Shown one piece after another: positions 1-7,526 of a stretch of 24,571 nt of DNA (positions are counted from its first letter, which is position 1; every line of letters begins with the position of its first letter). The DNA lies in the NCBI GenBank assembly GCA_964530485.1, contig CAZGYK010000005.1, positions 1-24,571 of the forward strand, in the 5' to 3' direction. The notes below the pieces were generated by a model. It ran no database searches. It saw only the letters and a list, made by a program, of their open reading frames with translations, and was not told the DNA's origin. This DNA is from an uncultured Oscillospiraceae bacterium (GTDB lineage Bacteria; Bacillota; Clostridia; Oscillospirales; Ruminococcaceae). The position numbers and the translations under genes were made by a program.

Positions 1-6
1 TGGTTA

Positions 7-153
7 AATGAAAAACGCTAAAGCGTTTTTCATTCGCGGCGTGTGCCGCGCGCCGCCTGTGGCGGCATTAACCTTGCTGCATAGTCAGTCGCGTGCCGAC
101 GGGCCAAGCCCGCCGTTTCAAAACCCTTTAACGTTTTGAAATTGACTGACTAT
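7..153 (-). ncRNA. Highly structured element (candidate ncRNA or dispersed REP/MITE-like repeat); may extend past the window edge
   Basis: Perfect stems at 7-18/23-34 (12 bp), 35-40/45-50 and 52-57/61-66. A 10-bp stem at 81-90/144-153 encloses hairpins 97-104/108-115 and 116-124/133-141. The single mismatch in 97-115 is A-C on + but G-U on -, which favours the minus strand. Confidence 0.55.
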
Positions 154-182
154 ATTATAGCTGAGCATCATCGAAAACTCAA
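154..182 (-). promoter_or_regulatory. Sigma70-type promoter pointing into the structured element
   Basis: Minus strand TTGAGT (182-177), 17 nt, TATAAT (159-154). Confidence 0.55.
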
Positions 183-202
183 TTTCTGTCCCGCAGGTTC
201 TA

Positions 203-211
203 TGCTATAAT
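203..211 (+). promoter_or_regulatory. Extended -10 promoter for the CPBP-tadA operon
   Basis: TGcTATAAT at 203-211, about 150 nt upstream of the TTG start at 360. Confidence 0.5.
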
Positions 212-359
212 AAATTCGTCTCTATCCAGCATTCAACAGGGTATCCTCCATTTATTTCCGTATTCTCTTTTTAATACGCGTGACAACAGTGTAGGATCTA
301 AAGCTTTTTGTCCCTATCATGACGGCGCGATGATACGCGTCGTTTAAGGTGGTGTTCTT

Positions 360-1415
360 TTGCAGCGCAACAAATTTTCTTTCTTTCAAAATGATTCCGC
401 CGCCATCGGGTTTTCGATGTTGGTCTATATGATTTCTCTCAACGGCCTTACCGCGGTACTATACCTATTTGCCTCGCTCCTTGCCGGAAACGGATTGAAT
501 TTTTCCGCTGCCGCGGGAGAGCCCGTCTATTGGCTCGCCGAGATCGTCGGTTATGTTGCCTCTTTTATTCTAACGATCTTTCTCATGTCGCGCGGATATC
601 AAAAGAACAAAGAATACTGTAAACCGGAATCTCCATGGCTTGCGCTTTCCCTTCCGGTTTTCTTTGCTGCTTTCTTCATCAACAACTTTATCCACCAGTT
701 TTTCACGAATCTCTTTTATTCAATCGGTATTTATGGATTGGATATCGATGTTGTTATCCCTTCCGGCGGCGTTACTCTTATCCTCTTTATCATTCAGTAT
801 ACCCTTCTCCCGGCAATCCTAGAGGAACAACTGTTCCGAAATGTTTTGCTTGGGCGCCTTCGGAAATACGGAGACGGATTTGCCATCCTGTTTTCTTCCT
901 TTATCTTCGCTTTGATGCACCATAACATCGTAACGTTTCCCGGCATTTTTTTGCTCGGGGTTCTATTTAGCGTCGTAACAATTCGGTCAAAATCGCTAAT
1001 CCCCGCAACTGTAATGCACTTTCTAAATAACGCCATTGCTACCGGCGCATCTTATCTTGAACAATATGCCGATCCTTCCGTCACCAATCGCGTAATGACG
1101 TTCCTTTTTGCGCTCGAAGTCGTCTCGCTTGCGGTTACTTTGATTTGGCTGGTTGTATCCCACTACCAAGCTCGCCAAAAAGAGCGCGCAACGTTTTATC
1201 GACAGTATAATCCCGGAGGACGCCCTCTTTTCGAAGAAACAGCCCCAGAACCTGCTCAATCCGATTCGCCGCAAGGCCGTATTTCGCTTGGGAAAGTACT
1301 CTCGTCCGGATGGATGATCGCCTTTCTTGTGATTGCGGTTTCTCTTACGCTTGCGCTTGAGTTCCTTTCCCGCATCACCGAACAGATTAATTCCCTCTTT
1401 GGAGCCCTATCATGA
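360..1415 (+). CDS. CPBP family (CAAX/Abi) intramembrane glutamic endopeptidase
   Basis: Multi-TM protein with the CPBP motifs PAILEEQLFR (EExxxR), FALMH (FxxxH) and HFLNN (HxxxN). RBS AAGGTGGTG precedes the TTG start. Confidence 0.9.
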   Translation: MQRNKFSFFQNDSAAIGFSMLVYMISLNGLTAVLYLFASLLAGNGLNFSAAAGEPVYWLAEIVGYVASFILTIFLMSRGYQKNKEYCKPESPWLALSLPVFFAAFFINNFIHQFFTNLFYSIGIYGLDIDVVIPSGGVTLILFIIQYTLLPAILEEQLFRNVLLGRLRKYGDGFAILFSSFIFALMHHNIVTFPGIFLLGVLFSVVTIRSKSLIPATVMHFLNNAIATGASYLEQYADPSVTNRVMTFLFALEVVSLAVTLIWLVVSHYQARQKERATFYRQYNPGGRPLFEETAPEPAQSDSPQGRISLGKVLSSGWMIAFLVIAVSLTLALEFLSRITEQINSLFGALS

Positions 1416-1858
1416 CAAGAGATGAACGCTATCTAACTATGGCAATCGAAGAGGCAAAAAAGGCGAACTCGATCGGAGAAATTCCCGTCGGCGCCGTAAT
1501 CGTAAAAGATGATATTGTAATCGCTTCCGGTTACAACCGGAGGGAAACAGACAAAAATGCGCTCTCCCACGCCGAAACCGAATCGATTCGTACCGCATGC
1601 GATACGCTCGGCGACTGGAGACTGACCGGATGCGAACTGTTCGTCACGCTTGAGCCCTGCGCCATGTGTGCTGGCGCCATTCTTGCAAGCCGGCTTCGCC
1701 GCGTTGTCTTCGGAGCATTCGATCCGGCCGCCGGGTGTATGGGAAGCGTTATGGACCTGACTTTATCTCCGATGAGTCCTCCTATCGAGCTGTTAGGCGG
1801 CGTCCTACAGCGTCAATGTGAATTATTGCTGAAACAATTTTTTGAATCGAAAAGATAA
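1412..1858 (+). CDS. tadA: tRNA adenosine(34) deaminase
   Basis: Zn motifs HAE and LEPCAMC, plus EIPVGAV, D-WRL and VVFGAFDP. ATGA overlap with the upstream gene. Confidence 0.9.
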   Translation: MTRDERYLTMAIEEAKKANSIGEIPVGAVIVKDDIVIASGYNRRETDKNALSHAETESIRTACDTLGDWRLTGCELFVTLEPCAMCAGAILASRLRRVVFGAFDPAAGCMGSVMDLTLSPMSPPIELLGGVLQRQCELLLKQFFESKR

Positions 1859-1883
1859 GCGGGCCTAAAGCCCGCTTATTTTT
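1855..1883. terminator. Intrinsic terminator between convergent tadA and the S4 ORF
   Basis: ATAAGCGGGC-ctaaa-GCCCGCTTAT 10-bp stem followed by a T run on +, with TCTTTT after the stem on -. Confidence 0.8.
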
Positions 1884-2079
1884 ATTCTATGAGCCTTATA
1901 AATTTCTTTTTTCCGATTCGAACCACATCTCCGTATCGTAATTCTCTTTCGAGATCCGCTTCACTTAGTTTTTCTTCGTTGAGCTGAACCCCGCATTGCA
2001 GAATGAGGCGCAGCCATTCGCTCTTGCTTGAAACGATCCCGCCCGTCACCAGAAGCGGCGCGATTCCCGAAAGCGTCAT
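1882..2079 (-). pseudogene. Stand-alone S4-like domain resembling the C-terminus of tyrosyl-tRNA synthetase (remnant or microprotein)
   Basis: LLVTGGIVSSKSEWLRLILQCGVQLNEEK...GDVVRIGKKKFIRL matches the TyrS S4 pattern (SKSEARRLIxQGGVxxNGEK...GKKKF). No clear RBS. The stop abuts the terminator. Confidence 0.55.
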
Positions 2080-2108
2080 TTGAACTTTTGAACTATTGGT
2101 CTTATAAT
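2080..2108 (+). promoter_or_regulatory. Sigma70 promoter of the thioesterase gene
   Basis: TTGAAC (2080-2085), 17 nt, TATAAT (2103-2108). Confidence 0.65.
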
Positions 2109-2138
2109 AAAAGTGATACTATAGAAATGGAGTACCTT

Positions 2139-2894
2139 ATGATTCCGAATCATTATGAAATGTCGTTCCAGCTACAGGCGACCGATGTCGATTTTCGGGA
2201 ACGCCTCAAACCGTCGGCCATGCTCTCAGAGATGCAGATGATCGCCGACCATCATGCAAGCCTGCTTGGCTGCAGCCAACCCCAGATTGAAAAAGACAAT
2301 CTCTGCTGGGTCATCGCCCGGCTTCGAGTTGATATGCTGCGTTATCCAAAATACGGCGAGGAGATCAGGCTTCTTACCTGGCCCGGTCAATACGACCGCC
2401 TTACCTTTCCCCGCTTTTTTCGCTACTTCGATTCTGACGGAAACACGCTTATCAATGCAACACTAAAATATAAGTTGATCAATCTTTTAACCCGCGAATT
2501 TGTTCGCCCGGACACGGTTGATTTCTATAAGAGCTGTGAGCCGCTTCGCGAAGAGGTAAACCCCTCTCCCGAGCGAATCCGCCTCAAAAATTCGACGCGA
2601 GAGACCGTTTTTCGCGCACCGGTTTTCAGCGACATCGACATCAACCGGCATATGAACAATACCCGATATGCCGAATGGATCTGTGACCTGTTTGGAACTT
2701 CTGTTTTTGAAACTCAGGCTCTCAAATCTCTTCAAATCAACTACGTTTCCGACGGGCTTGAAGGGCATAAAATCGCTCTCGATGTCGAAGAGAGCGCTAC
2801 CGGTTTTCTTGTTAAAGGAACCGACACAGTATCAGAGAAGATCGTCTTTGAGAGCGCCGGAGAATGGATGGCCGATCTGCCGGAAACATTGTAA
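2139..2894 (+). CDS. Acyl-ACP thioesterase (double hot-dog, FatA/FatB-like)
   Basis: DVDFRERLKPSAML, WVIARLRVDMLRYP and the catalytic DIDINRHMNNTRY motif. Start moved from 2028 to ATG 2139, which follows the RBS GGAG and lies downstream of the promoter. Confidence 0.9.
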   Translation: MIPNHYEMSFQLQATDVDFRERLKPSAMLSEMQMIADHHASLLGCSQPQIEKDNLCWVIARLRVDMLRYPKYGEEIRLLTWPGQYDRLTFPRFFRYFDSDGNTLINATLKYKLINLLTREFVRPDTVDFYKSCEPLREEVNPSPERIRLKNSTRETVFRAPVFSDIDINRHMNNTRYAEWICDLFGTSVFETQALKSLQINYVSDGLEGHKIALDVEESATGFLVKGTDTVSEKIVFESAGEWMADLPETL

Positions 2895-2926
2895 GCCTTC
2901 TCTTTTTTTGAAACCCGCGGGCGGGT

Positions 2927-2955
2927 TTGCGATCACCTTGATTTCGGGGTAAAAT
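2927..2955 (+). promoter_or_regulatory. Sigma70 promoter of the mgtC-like gene
   Basis: TTGCGA (2927-2932), 17 nt, TAAAAT (2950-2955). Confidence 0.5.
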
Positions 2956-2988
2956 GCGGCTATGCCGTCTGACTTAGGAGGATCTATT

Positions 2989-3669
2989 ATGGATCTTTAT
3001 GGAATCAATTGGTTGTCCGTTCTTCTCCGCATTGTTCTTGCCGCGATTCTCGGCGGCGCGCTCGGCCTCGGGCGTGAACGCAAAAACCGTGCTGCCGGAT
3101 TTCGAACCCATATGCTCGTCGCGGTCGGCGCAGCTTTGGTCATGATGACCAACCAATACGTATTTCAGGAATTCGGCGCGTCTGACCCGGTTCGGATGGG
3201 CGCTCAGGTCATCAGCGGAATCGGTTTTCTTGGCGCCGGTTCGATCATCATCACGGGAAAAAATCAGGTTCGCGGTATTACAACCGCGGCCGGGCTTTGG
3301 GCTGCCGCCTGCGGCGGACTTGCGATCGGTATCGGCTTTTATCTCGGCGCAATCGTTGGCGGAGTTGCCATTTTCTTGATTATGACCGTTATGAAAAAAC
3401 TCGATAATTCAATTCGGAAGAAATCAACTACCGTAGACCTCTATGTCGAACTTCGCTCGCAAAGACCACTTCGCGAATTTATCAGCTATTCTAAAGCCAA
3501 TCAGTTGATGATTGAAGATCTTGAAGTTCACCAGACCAGCCAGGCAGACGACGGTCTAACGACGCTTATACTAACCGCAACAAGCAGGCAAAATCTCAAA
3601 GCGTCCGAAATTGTCGATTTGATCGAAAAGGCCCCGAACATCTTATATGTTGAAGAAATTTTGTCATAG
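2989..3669 (+). CDS. MgtC/SapB family membrane protein with a C-terminal ACT-like domain
   Basis: GLGRERKNRAAGFRTHMLV, DPVRMGAQVISGIGFLGAG and GITTAAGLWAAA are MgtC signatures. RBS AGGAGG precedes ATG 2989. Confidence 0.92.
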   Translation: MDLYGINWLSVLLRIVLAAILGGALGLGRERKNRAAGFRTHMLVAVGAALVMMTNQYVFQEFGASDPVRMGAQVISGIGFLGAGSIIITGKNQVRGITTAAGLWAAACGGLAIGIGFYLGAIVGGVAIFLIMTVMKKLDNSIRKKSTTVDLYVELRSQRPLREFISYSKANQLMIEDLEVHQTSQADDGLTTLILTATSRQNLKASEIVDLIEKAPNILYVEEILS

Positions 3670-3707
3670 CCCAACGCAAAACACTATCGTCAGGAGAAAG
3701 GCCCGTC

Positions 3708-5465
3708 ATGAGAACTGTTTTTGAAAAAATCAAGCGGCCTCTATTCTCAATCCTGGTTTGCCTTGCTCTCTGGTTTGTTCTTCCGTTTTCTATTCTCAGC
3801 TTTATCCCTTTGGTTATCGGCGCGCTTTATTTTATTTCCTACCCGAGGATCTTTGACAATACTTCGCCCGGCATCGCGAAAACTTCGCAGTGGATCGCGA
3901 TGCTTTTTTCCGGTTTTGTTTTGTTGGCAAACCTCCAAAACATGATTGTTCCCGGCGCCGCGCTCTTCTCTCTGGTCCGTCTCTTGATTGGGTTCTCCGG
4001 ATTCTCGCTTCTTTTCGGCGGGATCCTTGCCTTTATTCTGAAAAAGGGGAAATCGACCGATTTTCTGTTTCGCCATCCGGGACAAAAACGACCAACTTTC
4101 GTATTTCTAGCTTGCCTTGCCGCAACGCTTGTTGTCTGGGGCTTGTTTTTTTTGCGTTTCTACCCCGGAATTCTAACGACAGATTCCCTCTCCCAGTTTC
4201 AACAGATTTTAGGACTCTACCCATACTCCAACCACCATCCGCTTGCGCACAGTCTTTTTATGAAAGCGTTCTACTCAATTGGCTACGCCTTATTCGGACA
4301 GGTTAACAGCTCTGTTGCATTTGTGTCCGCCATACAAATGGTTCTTCTCTCGCTCCTATTTTCTTATGTTGTATTTCGCCTCTATTCTCTTGGTATCAAC
4401 AGATATCTTTGTCTCTTGGTTTTTCTCTATTTTACCGCCGTACCGTTTCAGATCATGCTCAGTTTTTCCCTTTGGAAAGACGTTCTCTTCGGCGCTATTG
4501 TGTTGTTTTTTAGCTTAAACCTGTGGGAAATATCGGTTCTCGATCTATCGAGGCGGCAGTTTATTACAAGGCTGATTCTTCTGTTTCTCTCCGGAACAGG
4601 ATTCTGTCTCTTCCGCAGCAATGGATTATACGCTTTCATTCTCCTACTCGGAACGGTGATTTTCCTAACCGTGAAGCGAAACGTAAAACCTGTTCTCTTG
4701 CTTTCGCTGGCGGCATCTCTCATCTGCTCTCTCATCGTCCTTATCCCCATCTATCGCGCGATGGACGTCATCCCGGCAGATACGGTTGAGCATCTCTCGA
4801 TTCCGCTTCAACAAATCTCCCGCGTGATCGCAGAAGGAAAAGAACTTACGCCGGACCAGTATGCTTTTCTTGAAGAATTTCTTCCGACAAGCGAAATTGC
4901 TGAACAATATGACCCGCATATATCGGACAACATCAAAAATCTGATTCGCTTCAAAGGCAATCCACAATATCTCTCAGACCACACGCTGGAGTTTTTGAAA
5001 ACCTGGGTTGGGATCGGAATCCGAAATCCCTACCAGTACCTCCTGGCATTCTCCGACAGCACCATGGGTTACTGGTACCCGGACGTGCGCTATTGGATTT
5101 ATGAAACATCGATTCCTGAAAACGACCTCGGTATCTACTCCGACCCAAAACTGTCGGGACTCCCGGCCGCGGCAATTGACTTTTACGTCAAAGACCCTTC
5201 CTCGGTTCCGTTCTTTACGTCTATGACAAGCCGCGGATATGCTGTCTGGGCTGCATTCCTTTTCGCAGGTATTGCTCTTGTTCGAAAGAACCGCCAAGCG
5301 CTTTTGATTTTCCTTCCGATTCTCTTGATTTGGCTGACAATCCTGATTTCAACTCCGGTCTACGCTGAATTCCGTTATCTCTATTCTTTATTCGCATCCC
5401 TGCCGCTCCTTTTTGTCGCTGCATTTTTCCCTTGGCAGGAAAAAAAGAAGACAACAAAAAACTAA
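3708..5465 (+). CDS. Large polytopic membrane protein, DUF6020-like (possibly a GT-C-type envelope-modifying enzyme)
   Basis: More than 10 hydrophobic segments and the FYPGILTTDSLSQ...NHHP motif that I associate with DUF6020. The GT-C function is inference. Confidence 0.65.
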   Translation: MRTVFEKIKRPLFSILVCLALWFVLPFSILSFIPLVIGALYFISYPRIFDNTSPGIAKTSQWIAMLFSGFVLLANLQNMIVPGAALFSLVRLLIGFSGFSLLFGGILAFILKKGKSTDFLFRHPGQKRPTFVFLACLAATLVVWGLFFLRFYPGILTTDSLSQFQQILGLYPYSNHHPLAHSLFMKAFYSIGYALFGQVNSSVAFVSAIQMVLLSLLFSYVVFRLYSLGINRYLCLLVFLYFTAVPFQIMLSFSLWKDVLFGAIVLFFSLNLWEISVLDLSRRQFITRLILLFLSGTGFCLFRSNGLYAFILLLGTVIFLTVKRNVKPVLLLSLAASLICSLIVLIPIYRAMDVIPADTVEHLSIPLQQISRVIAEGKELTPDQYAFLEEFLPTSEIAEQYDPHISDNIKNLIRFKGNPQYLSDHTLEFLKTWVGIGIRNPYQYLLAFSDSTMGYWYPDVRYWIYETSIPENDLGIYSDPKLSGLPAAAIDFYVKDPSSVPFFTSMTSRGYAVWAAFLFAGIALVRKNRQALLIFLPILLIWLTILISTPVYAEFRYLYSLFASLPLLFVAAFFPWQEKKKTTKN

Positions 5466-5534
5466 CACATTTTCGGCATATCGCTTGATTATCCAACGGA
5501 TGGTTGACGGTTTTGCCGAATTTTTGTTTCCAAG

Positions 5535-5563
5535 TTGACTTTGATTTTTCGCAATCAGATAAT
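5535..5563 (+). promoter_or_regulatory. Putative sigma70 promoter about 220 nt upstream of the YdcF-like gene
   Basis: TTGACT (5535-5540), 17 nt, GATAAT (5558-5563). Confidence 0.4.
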
Positions 5564-5783
5564 AGATTTAACGAAACGCCGGGAGGGTTACGGCATCGCG
5601 GCGGCGGATATGTCAAAAGCCCTATGCCCCCGAGGTTTTCGCTTATTCTTTGCTTCAACCGAAACCTTCATTGACTCAAGATTCATTCAGATGATGTTTT
5701 GATCTTGATACGATACCGGTTTTGATTTAGACTTCTTTAATTGCCGTCCCGAGGCTAATTCTTCTATATTCTACGAGGTTCTT

Positions 5784-6539
5784 ATGCGCACATGGAAAAA
5801 GATCGTGATATGGACTCTCGCTGCGCTCTTTTTGATTGACGGGGTCTACCTTTTGATCTACTCGTTGGTAAACGTAGGAACGGCGTTTGTCCTCGCGATT
5901 GCCTTCGGCTTTTCCGCTTACGGTATTTTTTATCAAAAGATCGATACCTTTTGCAAAAAGGGGATCGGAAGAATCCTGAAATATCTCTTTTTTTCTGCGG
6001 GCGCAGTTTTTCTCTCGCTTTTTTTGTTCCTATCGATAAGCGGTCTTTCAAACACAGCAAAAGGAAATGAGAAAGCAATTATTGTCCTCGGCGCCGGGTT
6101 AAAGAATAATCAAATCGGAGAACCGCTCCGTTACCGTCTTGAAACAGCCCTTTCTGCATGGGAAGAGAACCCGGATGCAATTCTTGTTGTAACCGGCGGA
6201 ACCGGCGCAAAACAAACGATATCCGAGGCGTCTGCGATGAAGCGCTGGCTTCTTGACCACGACGTCCCTGAAGAGAAAATTCTCGTAGAGGACAAAAGTA
6301 CCTCGACCGAAACCAATTTTCAGCTTTCCGCCGACCTTCTTCTCAAAAACGGGATCAACCCAAGCGATCCGCTTGTCGTCGTAACAAACGCATTCCATAG
6401 CTACCGGGCGCGCGGCTATGCCGAAAAGGCAGGGTTCACCGATATATACTCCATTCCGGCGGGCAACAATCCCTTTTATTATGTCCCGAGCTGTTCCCGC
6501 GAAGTGTTCGCCGTTCTAGAAATGTGGCTGTTCCGCTAA
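5784..6539 (+). CDS. YdcF/DUF218 (ElyC/SanA-like) membrane-anchored protein
   Basis: N-terminal TM helices, then AIIVLGAG, VVTGGTG...SEA, LVEDKSTSTETN and VVTNAFHSYRA. RBS GAGG. Confidence 0.9.
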   Translation: MRTWKKIVIWTLAALFLIDGVYLLIYSLVNVGTAFVLAIAFGFSAYGIFYQKIDTFCKKGIGRILKYLFFSAGAVFLSLFLFLSISGLSNTAKGNEKAIIVLGAGLKNNQIGEPLRYRLETALSAWEENPDAILVVTGGTGAKQTISEASAMKRWLLDHDVPEEKILVEDKSTSTETNFQLSADLLLKNGINPSDPLVVVTNAFHSYRARGYAEKAGFTDIYSIPAGNNPFYYVPSCSREVFAVLEMWLFR

Positions 6540-6589
6540 ACGCTTGTGAATTTATTCTTCGGCGCGTCGCCTCAGGTTTTCTTCTAACC

Positions 6590-6614
6590 AAAAAAAGAGA
6601 AGGTAGCCCTCTCT
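6590..6614 (-). terminator. Intrinsic terminator of the NUDIX transcript
   Basis: Minus strand AGAGAGGG-cta-CCTTCTCT (8 bp, one G-U) followed by a T run. Confidence 0.55.
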
Positions 6615-6629
6615 CCTCTCTCCTCTGTC

Positions 6630-6716
6630 CTAAACTAGGTTACCGTTAACCTTCCATATGATACCCATCTTAGACAACGCCATTTGGGAATCATGAAAAC
6701 GATATACCAATTCCAT
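6630..6716 (-). CDS. 28-aa small ORF or truncated gene (MELVYRFHDSQMALSKMGIIWKVNGNLV)
   Basis: RBS GAAGGTG 10 nt before the ATG. It fills the gap between the NUDIX stop and the terminator. No recognisable homology. Confidence 0.3.
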   Translation of the reverse strand: MELVYRFHDSQMALSKMGIIWKVNGNLV

Positions 6717-6744
6717 TCGTATTTTTCACCTTCTGAAAGATCGG

Positions 6745-7257
6745 CTATAAAATACGAAGGTTTTTTAAGAAACACTGTTCCACATACTTAAATCTTTTTC
6801 CAGTAGGCAGATCTAAGGATTGATCTGCAATCATATTGTCTAACTCTTCTAAAGAAATCCATCTGGCATCAACTGTCTCACCATCTTGTACTTTCAATTG
6901 ATTTATCAATATGTCCCGACGTAATAAGTATATGTCAACAAAGGCAGACTCTTCTTGATAAGTACCTAGGAGAATCAAGTTATTTTCTAAGGCAATTATT
7001 CCTGTTTCTTCCATGAGTTCGCGTATCGCGGCCTGTTTGCTGGTTTCCCCAGCCAATGCAGAACCGCCAGTGTTCTCCCACTTATCGGGATAGTCTTCCT
7101 TACAGTGGTCGCGCAGAGTAACAAGAATTTCTTTTTTGCTATTTACAGTCCACACTTCTACAACAATATGATGTTCCCCAGGGTTCATCTTTTTGCCCCG
7201 TTGATGGGTACGGAATAGAGGCTGCCTGTTTTTGTCGTACAAATCCCATAATTCCAT
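6745..7257 (-). CDS. NUDIX hydrolase
   Basis: Nudix box GGSALAGETSKQAAIRELMEETG and the typical MELWDLYD N-terminus. RBS GAAGGAG. Confidence 0.93.
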   Translation of the reverse strand: MELWDLYDKNRQPLFRTHQRGKKMNPGEHHIVVEVWTVNSKKEILVTLRDHCKEDYPDKWENTGGSALAGETSKQAAIRELMEETGIIALENNLILLGTYQEESAFVDIYLLRRDILINQLKVQDGETVDARWISLEELDNMIADQSLDLPTGKRFKYVEQCFLKNLRIL

Positions 7258-7526
7258 ATGCTAAACTCCTTCGATAAAGTTTTTTTGACGATATAACTTC
7301 ATACGATCTATTCTCTCTAAATATCGTACATTATATAGCACATTTGGGCCGCAATTTAGCTCTTCATATCTAACCGTAAGGACTATTCTTTCGTTCGGGC
7401 ATGTCCAAGGAGCGTGCGTTCTCTGACTGTTGCGCTTATTATCCCAGATCCTATGAAGGATAACAAGTTTTATATGCGGTGTCCTTGTCAAAAACACCGT
7501 AAATACATGATTCGAGGAGCAAACAA

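Noticed and set aside
8-139. 43-aa ORF MKNAKAFFIRGVCRAPP...
   Set aside because: It lies entirely inside the palindromic element and has no visible RBS. It is better explained as a by-product of the structured sequence.
116-141. TTTCAAAAC/GTTTTGAAA resembling a CRISPR repeat end
   Set aside because: It is a single hairpin with no repeat-spacer periodicity and no cas genes in the window.
2028-2138. N-terminal extension of the thioesterase ORF
   Set aside because: It overlaps the S4 ORF and spans the gene's own promoter. The RBS supports ATG 2139.
7433-7451. Minus-strand GATCTGGGATAAT..AGCG resembling part of a TPP riboswitch
   Set aside because: The CTGAGA and other core elements are absent and the downstream gene is unrelated to thiamine.
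7384-7460. Short minus-strand frame with TVRERTLLGHA resembling a tyrosine recombinase box II
   Set aside because: The frame is under 30 codons with no catalytic Tyr or other motif, so chance is likely.
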